Below, piece after piece: positions 51,713 through 64,000 of a stretch of 64,000 nt of DNA (positions are counted from its first letter, which is position 1; the number at the start of each line of letters is the position of its first letter). The position numbers were made by a program, and so were the translations under genes. Source of the stretch: Octopus vulgaris (lineage: Eukaryota). Below the pieces are notes generated by a model. That model saw nothing but the letters and a program-made list of their open reading frames with translations. It did not search any database and had not been told where the DNA came from. Location of the stretch: positions 84,506,001 to 84,570,000 of the forward strand of contig OX597824.1 in NCBI GenBank assembly GCA_951406725.2. Direction: 5' to 3'.

Positions 51713-53357
51713 GTACAGAGTGTAATATGAAATAAAATAAATAAGAAAGGGAAAACAAAATTATGCTATGAACTTCATTAACTTCTAGCTGTAAATTGAG
51801 TTCTAACATCAGGCTATTAGTATCGTAAGGCCTAAGTGAAATATTAATATGTGTGTGTGTGTGTGCATATGCACACAAACAAACACATGAAGCAGTGGAC
51901 TTGACCCTGGCATAAATGCATCCAATTAAACATTTAAGGAGTGTCACCAGGAACCACATCACAAAACCAATAGACATAGAATGAAACAAAGGCTGGTCGC
52001 TTTCTTCGTTTCTTTTTTTCAATGTCTGTCTTCATACATCATCCAAATTCAAACATCAGCTGACAGTAATTCAAATTAGACATCAACCACATCAAAGCCA
52101 CCAGCCAGGTGACATTTCCTTCAATGGAAAAGAGGCCATTGCAACACTGAAAGAAGTAACTGTATGTTGTTAAGCCAGTGGTTGTAGTTAATTAATGAGT
52201 GAATTTCTACCAAGCAATCAAATGGTTAAATTTGAATTCAGTTTGAGGTGTGTGTGTGGGTGTGCATGCGTGCTTGTGTGTACAGCAGTTCTATAAATGT
52301 GAACTGTACTGTTATGTGGAGGGTCTTATTTGAAGTGTCTTGAAGATCAGTGACTGACCTAAAGTGAAATATTTCCTGACACCAAAGCTGTGTTTCTCAT
52401 AGGAAGTTGAGAAAAGAGTGGGGTTTCAATCTACTGAGAGAAGAGGTTATGAAGATTGCAAAATGGGAGGACAAATAGACATGTTTAATAAAACGAACGT
52501 GTTTTCCCCACTTTTTAAACATATTCAACATCCTGGCAAAGATAGAATTATATAAATGCCAACTCAATTTGTCTTTGCATTAAGAGGGATGCAAAAAAGA
52601 AAAAAAAAAGCAGTATCGTATGGGGAGAGGAGGCCTTAATATTTGCAAATTAGACAACTGCTACTTTAAAGAATCTCAAATGTTTTAGCAATAATATGTG
52701 TGTGTGAGCACACGCATCTGTCCCTGTTATCATGATATTTGTGACAAGAAGGGCATGCAGATGTAAAATTCATACCAAAAATTTACTGTCTGCTTTCCTT
52801 TTCAAGAACACATGCTGTTAAAACTGCTATATTCAAAAGAATGTAGACTGCTTGTCAGTGCCATCTTGAGGTATGAGCACATTGGACAGGTTGCCTGAAG
52901 GCCCCACAGATCTAGGGGGCCAATTCTGGTCTATGTATACTTTGCCTTGCTGTCAAATAAATACCAGAGGGCCCATTACATTAGATTTGCCCAGGGGCCT
53001 ACTATGCTGCTAAGATAGCCTAGATGTTTACAACACAAATTCAGAGCAGTTCTTATTTTTATTACAACCTATGGACCATTCCAAGTGTATGTTATAATAG
53101 TTATAATAAAAGACAGAGCACACATTTGGCTTTATGGATTTCAGCGCTCCTTATCTCAGAATTGAACGCTCTTACATTTCAGATCCTTGCCCCATTCAGA
53201 GGGTCCTTCCTTGACAGCTCTCACTGCAGTGTCCATAAGAGAATCCGTAAAGGGTAGATAGGTCGAAAGCCCAGTGGCAAGGTATGGTGCATAAGGTGAC
53301 ACCTGCGTAGTGAATTGATCAATTACCACAACTATTTCACCAGCCATGATAGAGGAC

Positions 53358-53488
53358 TATTCAGGAAGAGTTCACAAAAAATAACAAAAGACGAAGACAG
53401 GTGCTGTAGAAAACAAACATAATACATCTGTTTGTTTTCTACACCACCTGTCTTCGTCTTTTGTTTTTTCGTGAACTCTTCCTGAATA
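53358..53488. repeat. Palindrome with arms of about 61 bp, inside a larger inverted pair (53230-53278 vs 53551-53599)
   Basis: TATTCAGGAAGAGTTCAC...GACGAAGACAGGTG is mirrored; the arm matches the 3' end of the 15986-16160 element. Confidence 0.9.
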
Positions 53489-55322
53489 TATCACACGCTC
53501 ACGTGGTCACACCAGTTGATCCTGTCGTTTCTTATCACACACGAACTTCTCCACTGGACTTTCTACCTATCTACCCTTTACGGATTCTCTTATGGACACT
53601 TACCCTCCGGCTGCACCTCTCCTACCTATGGATCACTGTGGACTCTACTCTTAATGAAAAAAAAAACTATTCAGGAAGTTACATACCACTTCTTTACACA
53701 CCAGTGTTGTAATCGTGTAAATCTAACTTCTCCACTGAACATGATACGTTGGGAATTCACAGTTTTATTTGTCACAAGCCATTTATAGATTTATCAGCAG
53801 CTACCACAAGCTCTCTTTCTCTCTTTTACTTGTTTCAGTCATTTGACTGCGGCCATGCTGGAGCACTGCTTTTAGTCGAGCAAATTGACCCTGGGACTTA
53901 TTCTTTTGTAAGCCTAGTACTTATTCTATCGGTCTCTTTTGACGAACCGCTAAGTGACGGGGACGTAAACACACCAGCATCGGTTGTCAAGCAATGCTAG
54001 AGGGACAAACACAGACACACAAACACACACGCACACACACACATATATATATATATACATATATACGACGGGCTTCTTTCAGTTTCCGTCTACCAAATCC
54101 ACTCACAAGGCTTTGGTTGGCCCGAGGCTATAGCAGAAGACACCTGCCCAAGGTGCCATGCAGTGGGACTGAACCCGGAACCATGTGGTTGGTAAACAAG
54201 CTACTTACCACACAGCCACTCCTGCGCCTTACATATTTTTTTGTTTTTTAGCATAACTAAGCCAAATTCACACAGGTTGCATGAACAAGGATAGATAAGT
54301 GAATGCACAACTATTAAAGACACAAACCATTGCAGCTTACATAACTGTTACAAACCAATATAAACATTCACAGATTAGCTACACATTCTTTCACATCCGT
54401 AGCATTAACAAAATTTCTACTTCAAGCAAGACTCTTTGTTGTTCATCTCAACATGAGATTTCGTACATGCTTAGCTGAATGAATACAACAAACAGCAACT
54501 CATTTCTGTCAGTTCACTTAAAAACTCTGTTTATTTCTCTCATTTTTACCACAGCAGAATTATCCACTCTAAACATGTGTGGCATTTAAAATGACCTTGC
54601 ATTCACAGTCACATAAAAGCTTGCTCTTAAATGTTGTAATCTTAAAACCTGTCATGTCTTGTTGCTGCACTTAGAAACTTATTTTTATTAATGCATCAAC
54701 TACCATTTTATGTCACTAGGAATTATCCCACTATTTTGGCTGCACAAGATCTACACAAGGGAGAAAAAAACGGAAAATAAAGTAATATATGTGGTGTGTG
54801 TGTGATAATCATCTGGTAGAATGCTCACCTGTCATGTGGGCAGCCCAGGTTTGATTCCTGGCTGATGCAATGGTAGCTATTTATCCAACCCATGCCAGCA
54901 TGGAAAATAGACATAAAAGGATGATGATGATGATGCTTCATGCTGGGATGAGTTTGGCAGTTTGACAAGATCTGATGCCTCCAAGGACGGCATTGTATTC
55001 CAATGCCTGCTTTGGCATGGTTTCTACAACCTGATGCCCTTCCTAATGCCAACCATTTCACAGCATATGCAGTGTCATTTTCTTTTCCTCTTTTTTTTGT
55101 GCCACTGGCACCAGTGAGATTGCCATGCAACTCACAAGACTACAAACCCTGCAAAAGGGTGGGGTTAGTTTTATGCTAAGGGATGAGGGGTTAAAGCATG
55201 AGAGAAGTGGGGAACAGAAAAGGATCTTGTAGAGGAATTGCATGTAATGTTTACACAAAGCTGTTATTACTGTCCAACTTGCCTTTCTGTTATCTACAAA
55301 GAGATCAATATTAAGTGCCAAC

Positions 55323-55404
55323 CTTGTATTTTTCCAGCTCCTCTTCCACATTCAAAGCCAGCTCCGGACATGAGGTGTTGTGATAGTCAATGAGATTCTT
55401 GAAT
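55323..55404 (-). CDS. ADSS: Adenylosuccinate synthetase exon
   Basis: TAG acceptor and AAG|GT donor, 82 nt; (R)FKNLIDYHNTSCPELALNVEEELEKYK; phases match both neighbours. Confidence 0.88.
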
Positions 55405-56491
55405 CTACAATGGAAAATTAACAACGGTTGAAGTTCAGTGTAAATGTTTGTGGAAGAGAGATGAGAGTGGGGCTGAAATACTCACTGTGCACTCCCTGCA
55501 AGAATGATATAAAGGAGTGTATAATATTTAAAAACAAAACTTCAACAAATCAGAACAAAGAATTTATATCTGTCACAATACAGTGAGAAAAAGAAAGAAA
55601 AAAAAATAGTGATTCATATAACAGCATTTGCTACAAACTCATGGATCAAATTTCAGAAAGGACAATAAAAAAAAAAAATAAGGTGAATAAAAATGAAAAT
55701 GGAGAGAAGATAGTTAATCACAGGGACTGTCCATCCCACCAAATATAGATACACACAGATAAGAAAACACTGAATTAAAAGCATGTTAAGACCCTTGCCA
55801 AGCAAGAGAGTTACTAAGTCAGCCAGAGATATACTCACAAGTGGAGAATAAGAGATATTTGAGTAGGGTGTGGTATGTGTGTGTGCATGCAACTTGCTTT
55901 CTTGCAAAAAGCAATGGCCACATGTGAAGCCCCATACTCAAACATGTAGGACTACCCTGAGAAACATGTAAAAATATAGCAACTGGCAAAAACAAATTGA
56001 TTTAACAAAACAACGCTTCCTTTTTTTTCTTTTTTTGTTTGGAGGTAGAAGTCTTCTAAAATAAAATTTGTTCGGTTACAAACTAGATGAGAAAGCTTAC
56101 TCAGATTTTGTGTTGTTTCACAGCAGTGTGTACCAGTAGTAGGCTGTTTATCTGAATCACCAGAGAAATTAATAACGGTACTGATAACATCAAAATATAT
56201 ATATATGTATATACATATATATAATTAAAATGTAATATACTGTACTTACTCATGTATAAGTCATACCCCTAATTTAGTGTTAAATCTTGGTACAAAACAT
56301 TTTCCCTTCATAGTTTTAGCTTTTCTCAGAATCAAGTATGAAATAGTGCAACTTATACACATGTAAAAACAGTGCATATAAAATATACATTCATACATAT
56401 ATATATATATATATATATAAAATGAGCTTATTGTTTACAATACACTACAACATATAACAATATATTCCAACATTCCAACAATATCTATATA

Positions 56492-58360
56492 CCATATATA
56501 CTCAAGTAAAGTCGACCCCATCTGAAAGAAGTTACCTCCACCACTTCCTTTCGTTAAAAATTAATTCTTAAATCACAAGTACAAGTCAACCTTAGCTTTT
56601 CAGAAATAACAGATCAACCTATGAATTTGTACATATAAGGGCAGGATACAGAAATTCCTTTTTATAATGTTCTTAAACAATATTATAAGGTTCACATACT
56701 TTTTGACACATATTATTACAACCTGAAACCAAATCTTTGTCAACTTACCATTTGACGGTGTAACCACTACACTGGTGGCCAATAACAACTGGACATTCAT
56801 TTATATTATATTATATCAACACACAATTTTTCTCAAAGTAAATACTGATTTCTTACTTTACAAGATCTTCCACCAATTTTACATATTTCACACTTTTTGC
56901 AGTCTTTCTCTGTGCACAGATCAGCTGAGATATAGTTTCCTTGGAACACTTATTGAGTACTATTTACCTGGTACATGCAGATGTACTTTATAGTTTTGTC
57001 AAAATAGAGCATGTATCACATTTATGAAGCCATCTGAATTTATGCATAACAGGAATTAAAGAAGACTAGGCTGGACTTTTAGGTTTAAGACAAGTGCTGG
57101 ATGGTAAGTAGCAGGTTTTCACCAGTGAAAAAATCAAAATCAAAAAGTAGACGAAATATTTACCAAGGGTTATGTGACCTGTGATTTTTGAAAATGTTAC
57201 TTATACAGGAGATATATGTCCACCCGCATATAATGTGGGGTAGGCATGCATCTCCTCTATAGTAAGACACCTGTGCTTGTATGTCAGACTTTAACCTCCC
57301 AACTAGTGTAAAGCCAACTCCCTACTCTCAAATACAGGGTGGGCCAAAAGTCACACACCAAAACGTGACGATTCAGTTGAATTATTATTATTATTATTAC
57401 TATTAATGGAATTTGTAGCTGTGATACCATTGCCGGTGGCACGTAAGAGAACCATCCAAACGTTGCCGTAGCCAGTGCCGCCCTGACAAGCCTCCGTGCC
57501 GGTGGCACGTAAAAAGCACCATCCGATTGTGGCCGTTGCCAGCCTTGCCTGGCACCTGTGCCGGTGGCACGTAAAAAGCACCCACTACACTCACGGAGTG
57601 GTTGGCATTAGGAAGGGCATCCAGCTGTAGAAACATTGCCAGATCAGACTGGGCCTGGTGCAGCCTTCTGGCTTCCCAGACCCCAGTTGAACCGTCCAAC
57701 CCATGCCAGCATGGAAAGCGGACGTTAAACGATGATGATGATATTCATTCATCATGTACAAGCATGTGTATTCATCACTATTCTATTTCATTCAATTTTA
57801 GAAAAACTGAAGCATGTCTTTAGCAACTCCAGAGCATTTTGAACATATTTTGTGCGTGACTTTTGGTTCACACTGTACATTCCCCACTTGGTTGAGAAAA
57901 CTATATTATTTATTTTTTTCTTGTTCTTTTCTTCTCTTGCTAGTTACTCAGCAACCTTACTAACCCTGATGGCACCTAGTACACACTGTAAAGTGTGGCA
58001 TTAAGGAATAGGCATCCAGCCATAGAAACCATGCCAAAGCTGACGCAGGAACTCGGTGCAACCTTGCAGCTCACTTGATCCTGTCAATCCATCCAACCCA
58101 TACCAGCATAGAGAATTAATGTTAAACGATGATGATTGTAAGATGTGTTTTTCAATGAACAATCAACACTACAATTCATATACTTTTTAACCATTTACAT
58201 AATAAGAACTTCACCAATGATATATTATGGATTCACATATGAATTTTAGACCCTTTAAAGTTAAGGCTCATGCAATAGTTGACACCTTACTTTTTAAACT
58301 CACCCCCGAAAAGCTGCTTTAAAAAATTTTTTTAATCGACTTTGACTTGAGTGTATATGG
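56492..58360. mobile_element. pogo/Tigger-like non-autonomous element containing nested insertions
   Basis: TA|CCATATATACTCAAGTAAAGTCGA ... TCGACTTTGACTTGAGTGTATATGG|TA. Confidence 0.65.
57335..57875. mobile_element. Tc1-like MITE interrupted by an RTE 3'UTR fragment
   Basis: TA|CAGGGTGGGCCAAAAGTCAC ... GTGACTTTTGGTTCACACTG|TA. Confidence 0.78.
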
Positions 58361-58475
58361 TATATATTAAATATGCTCCACAGAAACAACAATAAAGTGA
58401 AAATATAACAATTCTATTTTAATAAAGTTATAAAGAAAATATCAACAGCAAAATCATTGACATGAAAATACTTAC

Positions 58476-58537
58476 CTTTCTGTAAATAGGTTAAAATCAC
58501 CAACAAGATCACACATACGCAGACCATTCCTTGTTGC
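58476..58537 (-). CDS. ADSS: Adenylosuccinate synthetase exon
   Basis: AG/GT boundaries, 62 nt; ATRNGLRMCDLVGDFNLFTER. Confidence 0.93.
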
Positions 58538-59851
58538 CTAGCAATCATATTAAAACATTATTTAGTTTATGTACATACAATATGTGTATATATACATATA
58601 TTGTATAGAGAAGTCTCAAGATTTCAGGTCAGCATTGGCTGAACAGATATCATGAAAAGGAATTCTAGCTTTGAGAACCCCACCTTTATTATCCTAGGAT
58701 AGTGTTGATAATATATCCAATGCACCCCACTGTTTTATTTTCTCTTTTGAAATAGCAGGGATGTGATTTGAGGGAGAATTGGTGACTGTTTAGCAGGTCA
58801 AACAATCATGTAGAGGCTCCCACAGGAGATATGTTAATATCACCAGGGAATATATTAACTTGGCAACCAACCAGTTAATTTTAAATAAATGCAAAAAAGT
58901 TTGAAAAATTATCAAGAATTTGGAGGATATTTAATAAAATAATTAAGTTTATTGTTCTGAATAAATAACTTTACTGCAATTATGAAACTGGTGTTTAGAA
59001 AATATTTCAACAAAAGACCAATATATATTGGATGCTGGTGTTGTTTAATACCAAGTCATCTCTTGAATCTGCAGACACATTACCAAATTCAAGCCATTAG
59101 TATTTTATATTTTATTTAGAGATATTATCCAATCTCCATCATTTTTCAGACAAAAGAATATGTTTTATGGGAGATTCAGCTGCTATTTCTAGCAGGTTAA
59201 TTGACCATATAGAAGATTACTGGTTGATTAATACTCTTTCATTTTTCATTTTGATTGAAAAAAAATAAAACTTCAGTCAAAATTCTAACGAGAAAACTTT
59301 TCACATACAAACAAGGGATTCTCTACAAGCTCACTCAACCTGCTAAAAATTGCAGCTAAACACCCATAAAAAAAAAGAAAAGTTAAACTGGATATTGGAT
59401 AATATATTATATCTAAATAAAAGACAAGACTGAATGATAGCTTCTCATATAAGATCTCATAAATGGGTTAGCCATAGACCTCTAACATTTATGAGGGGTA
59501 GAGTTATCCCAGACTAGCAGCTTTGGACTAGTCACTGAAGGCTCACACGGGCCAAATGGTGATGTTAGACAGTCTACCACTCAAGAGCAACTCAAGTCTG
59601 TTTGATGGTCATCTACAGTTTCTGTTAACTCTATTGCGCTTTGATGGCTTTAGCCGACCAAAAAATGTTAGACGACATACACACATTCCCAAGATGTTGC
59701 TCAGGGGAATCAAAATGTGAAGAAAGCAATTACAAATTAGACTTCTGGTTAAACTATTCATTTTATGAAACTGTTTTTCTTATATATATAAAAAATCATT
59801 AGAATGCCAGAAGTTACTAGAATTTTAGAATCAACAACAGATTTTGCATAC

Positions 59852-59897
59852 CTTAGAGGCATATGTTGGACCGATTCCTTTCTTAGTGGTTCCAATT
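59852..59897 (-). CDS. ADSS: Adenylosuccinate synthetase exon (IMP-binding GTT motif)
   Basis: AG/GT boundaries, 46 nt; IGTTKKGIGPTYASK. Confidence 0.95.
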
Positions 59898-60685
59898 CTA
59901 AAAGAGAAAAAGGTAAGTAGATAATGAGACACACAACAAAAACATGACAAATAATTTGAATCAAAGGAGAAGACAGCTCAAACCAAAATACTGAAGCAAA
60001 ATAAACATATGATGAGCAGCGGCATGGTCATAAGATTAAGAAATTTTTTAGGCAATCATGTGGTTCCAAGTTCAATCTCACGGTGCAGCACCTTGGGCAA
60101 GCATCTTCTTACCATGGTCCCAAGTTGACCAATGTGATTGATTGAAATTTCATAAGTGGAAACTGTGAAGAAACCCATCATTTAGTTTATACAGGAGTTT
60201 ATATCAGTGTAAGGTTAATTGAAAAAGGAACAACAGATGATAAATTTCTGCAATATTTATGGTCAACTGCATTATCTCCCTTTTCACCAAGTAGGCCTCC
60301 AGTTATTTTTGGATGTAATAAAAGATACAGGGCCATATCTAACACATCCTTGCTTCAGCAGCATGTATTTAGGTAAAATGTTTTTTGTGCATTGAAGCAC
60401 ACAGTATTTAAAGGACCCAAGGTGATTTTTCTCTTTTTTGAGGCATTTTCTTTTCTCTCAAATATGATATCTGTCTTTCGCTAATTACAATAATATAATA
60501 ATGAAATTATTGTATACAGTGCTCAGGTGCACTATAACTTGTCAAAAGTGCATACAAAGCATATGCAGTAATGTACAAATGTCTGGGAAGGGAACAGTGT
60601 ACGAGTCAGATACATGCTTGCGTGTGTATGGAGGGGAGAAAATTACATGAGTTTATATTGTCTTTCAATACCTGAAAGGGTTTAA

Positions 60686-60896
60686 CCCTTTAGTGTTTGC
60701 ATTATTCTGCCAAAATTAATCCTTTTTTATCCACATTGTTTTGAACTAATCATGCATTATCTTGTAGCTATGAGATTTTGATGAGGTAACTGTTAATTTC
60801 TAAAATGATATTGTAGGGTTGGTGTGAGAGACCAGATATGGCCAGTTTGAACATAAAACAAGCAGAATACTTTTGGCCGGTTTAAATGCTAAAAGG
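60686..60896. mobile_element. Second TTAA-flanked MITE family; copies at about 62925-63142 and 61248-61848 (interrupted)
   Basis: TTAA|CCCTTTAG ... CTAAAAGG|TTAA; internal sequence is shared among the three copies. Confidence 0.8.
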
Positions 60897-61371
60897 TTAA
60901 ACAGGACAGTATCTTCTCACATTTTGTCATCTTCCTTTTAAGGTTCAGCTACAGGCCTCCACTACTTTTTCCTATAGCTCAGTTCTTCCCACTTGGATAC
61001 TGCTTTGACAATTCACTACTCAGCCGTCACCTTATGCATTATATGTCCATTATCAGCGCAGTCTTCTCTCTTATACACTACATCTGATCCATCTTCAAAC
61101 TGCTCTTTCTCTCAGCTCATTTGCTTTCCATCCTTCATTCACACTAACATTACATCTCTAGCAGTGCCATGAATGCTTCATTTCTTTCCAAGTTTTACTT
61201 TTTCTCTACATTCTCCACATTGAAGAGCGTTCCATGAGTTATCTTATCCCTTTAGCGTTTAAACAGGCCATATCCGGCCAAAGTATTCTCTCCTGTTTTA
61301 ACCTGTTTTAAATTGGCCAGATCTGGCTTCTCACACCAGCCCTACTATATCATTCTAAAAATGAATAGTTA

Positions 61372-61732
61372 GGGCAGCGGACTCGCGGTCATAGGATCGC
61401 AGTTTTGATTCCCAGACCGGGCGTTGTGAGTGTTTATTGAGAGAAAACACCTAAAGCCTCACGAGGCTCCGGCAGGGGATGGTGGTGATCCCTGCTGTAC
61501 TCTTTCACCACAACTTTCTCACACTCTTACTTCCTGTTTCTGTTGTACCTGTTCTTCAAAGGGCCGGCCTTGTCACACTCTGTGTCACGCTGAATATCCC
61601 CGAGAACTACGTTAAGGGTACACGTGTCTGTGGATTGCTCAGCCACTTACACGTTAATTTCACGAGCAGGCTGTTCCGTTGATTCGGATCAACCGGAACC
61701 CTCATCGTCGTAACCGACGGAGTGCTTCCACC
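61372..61732 (+). mobile_element. 5'-truncated tRNA(Arg)-like SINE with a 28-bp TSD, inside a MITE
   Basis: ACTATATCATTCTAAAAATGAATAGTTA at both 61344-61371 and 61733-61760. Confidence 0.88.
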
Positions 61733-61878
61733 ACTATATCATTCTAAAAATGAATAGTTACTTCATCAAAATCTCAAAGCAGGATTAATTTTAAACAATG
61801 TGAATAAATAAGCATTACTTTTGATAGAATAATGCAAATACTAAAGAGATAATGAGTTAAATGACAATTATTTCTTCC

Positions 61879-62117
61879 TTGAAGAGAGGCGCGGGCATGG
61901 CTGTGTGGTTAGGGAGCTTGCTTCCTAGCTACATGGTTTCAGGTTCGCATGGAACTTTGGGCAAGTGTCTTCTACTATAGCCTCAAGAAAACACGGACAA
62001 GGAAGGAATTTTGAAGAGAGGCGCGGGCATGGCTGTGTGGTTAGGGAGCTTGCCTTCCTAGCTACATGGTTTCAGGTTCGCATGGCACTTTGGGCAAGTG
62101 TCTTCTACTATAGCCTC
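61879..62117 (+). repeat. Tandem duplication of a family B SINE head plus upstream flank
   Basis: TTGAAGAGAGGCGCGGGCATGG...CTACTATAGCCTC is near-identical at 61879-61984 and 62011-62117. Confidence 0.9.
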
Positions 62118-62677
62118 GGGCCGACCGAAGCTTTGTGATTGAATTCGGTAGGCGGAAGTTACTGCCGTGTGTGTATATGTGTGCGTAGGTGCTCAGTGCC
62201 TCTCCGAATGTTCTCGAAAAGAAGGATTATGAATAGCAGTTATGCTTGACAAAAAAGCACTGGAGTTTTAACCCTTTCGTTACCAACCCGGCTGAAACCG
62301 GCTCTGGCTCTTTAGTACAAATGTCTGGTTTTCAAAAGTTCTGAATTAAAACCTTCCACCAAACCTTAGTCTCAATTTATGTCTCTAACTCTAGCTTAAT
62401 GATAACAATGTTATTTTACTTAATTCTTTGTTATATTTAAAATAATTGGAAGAAACACTGAGCATCTCAAACTAAATTAAGTAACGAAAGGGTTATGGAG
62501 TGAAATACAATAAAAAATTTAAAAATTACTGATTCAAATTGATGTACAGCAAAACCTCGTCAATATACATACAGATTTCCAAGTTGGCACCAACAAAGGA
62601 AACAAAATCCAAAAACATCCTCATGTAAATCAAGAGTTGGCTTAGTTTGAAATTTTGTTGTTAAAAAAATTACTCAC

Positions 62678-62735
62678 GAATTTCTTCCTCTTTTCATTTC
62701 TTGCACCCCATCCAACTTCATGTGGAGATCAAACA
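62678..62735 (-). CDS. ADSS: Adenylosuccinate synthetase exon (most 5' exon found in the window)
   Basis: TTTTACAG acceptor and GTGAGT donor, 58 nt; VFDLHMKLDGVQEMKRGRNS; in phase with the next exon. Confidence 0.9.
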
Positions 62736-64000
62736 CTGTAAAATGAATAGAGAAAAATCATCATTTTAAACAGTTGCCATCAATTTAAGAAATATTTTTA
62801 ATATCTTGAAAAATGTTGATAAAATACTTACCTATTAAAATGTTGATAAAATGTTCAATTATACTCTGAATAATTTGCAGGACTAATGAAACTATAATTA
62901 ATTGATTAGTAACTGCTTTATTAACCTTTTAGCATTTATACCATCCATATCTAGTTGAAATATTCCACTTGTTTTATTTTCAAGCTGGCCAGATCCAGCT
63001 CCTGACACCTACCCCACAATGTCATCCTAAAGGTAAACTATGACATCATCAAAATCTTTAAGCTACAAAATAATGCATGATTAATTCGGAACAATGACTA
63101 GATAAGCATTACTTGTGACAGAATAATTTGAATGCTAAAGGGTTAAATTAACCAGAGACATACAAGAACCTCTTGCCAGCTGACAAGGGTTTTATTCTTT
63201 TACTTGTTTCAGTCATTTGACTGCAGCCATTGCAGGGTTTTAGTCAAACAAACCAACACCAGGACTCATTTCGTAAGCCTAGTACTTATTCTATCAGTCT
63301 CCTTTGCTGAACTGCTGAGTTACAGGGATGTAAACATACCAACATCAGTTGTCAAACAATGATGGGGGAGGTGACAAAAACAGATACAAAGACACACACA
63401 CACATATATATGACAGGCTTCTTCAAGTTTCTTATTTCTTTACAGACAGACGGATTAAGTTGATTATATCGACCCCAATGCGTAACTGATACTTACTTAA
63501 TTGACCCCGAAAGGATGAAAGGCAAAGTCGACCTTGGCGGAATTTGAACTCAGAACGTAGTGGCATACGAAATACTGCTAAGCATTTTGCCCAGCGTGCT
63601 AACGTTTCTGCCAGCTCGCCGCCTTTCTTCAAGGCTTCTTCAAGGTTCTGTCTACCAAATCCACTCACAAGTTTTTTGCCGGCCCTGTGCTATAGTAGAA
63701 GACACTTGCTCAAAGTGCCACACAGTGGGACTGAACCCGGAACCGTGTGGTTGAGAAACAAGCTTTTTACCATGCAGCCACACCTGTGCCAACAGGTATG
63801 TATAAACGTAATGAAACAAGAGCAATAAAGAACTGTAAACACGACCCACTTTCAACAAGTACAGGACAAGAACGTTTCAACAGTAATCACTTCCAACCTA
63901 TAATAAAATGGCATAGTTATACAAGCAATAAAAGTCAAGATTGAATTGGTACGACTTCTGTGATGTTATTTCTAATTAGGGCACATATCTTCTGAGAGTG

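Noticed and set aside
62736-64000. Further upstream ADSS exon
   Set aside because: No segment encoding the expected ISDRAH-type motif with splice sites was found; it is presumably beyond the window.

Overview
Eukaryotic, AT-rich, repeat-dense genomic DNA. The SINE, LINE and microsatellite content is typical of an octopus (coleoid cephalopod); this is inferred from repeat style, not from a database search. Two convergent spliced genes are present. (1) On the + strand, the last three coding exons of an LDLRAD3-like single-pass receptor: Ig domain, LDLa, TM, NVNNGVQYV motif and PPxY motifs (2270-7659). (2) On the - strand, ten coding exons of adenylosuccinate synthetase (62735 down to 17011, 5' exons outside the window), including a 26.6-kb intron. 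All exon phases join in frame. The remainder is tRNA-derived SINEs, RTE, CR1 and Penelope-like retroelement remnants, mariner, Helitron, hAT, Tc1, pogo and TTAA elements, and long (TA/CA)n tracts. The most interesting signals are three. First, a set of long palindromes built from Penelope-like terminal repeats carrying type-I hammerhead ribozyme folds, some on both strands, with cores that appear to covary at the 3:8 tertiary pair (C-G, G-C, U-A). Second, head-to-tail SINE multimers that all share one exact junction in the loop of the tRNA-derived hairpin, suggestive of a circular intermediate. Third, an Ig domain in an LDLRAD3-like protein. All structures were folded by eye and none is experimentally or computationally confirmed.
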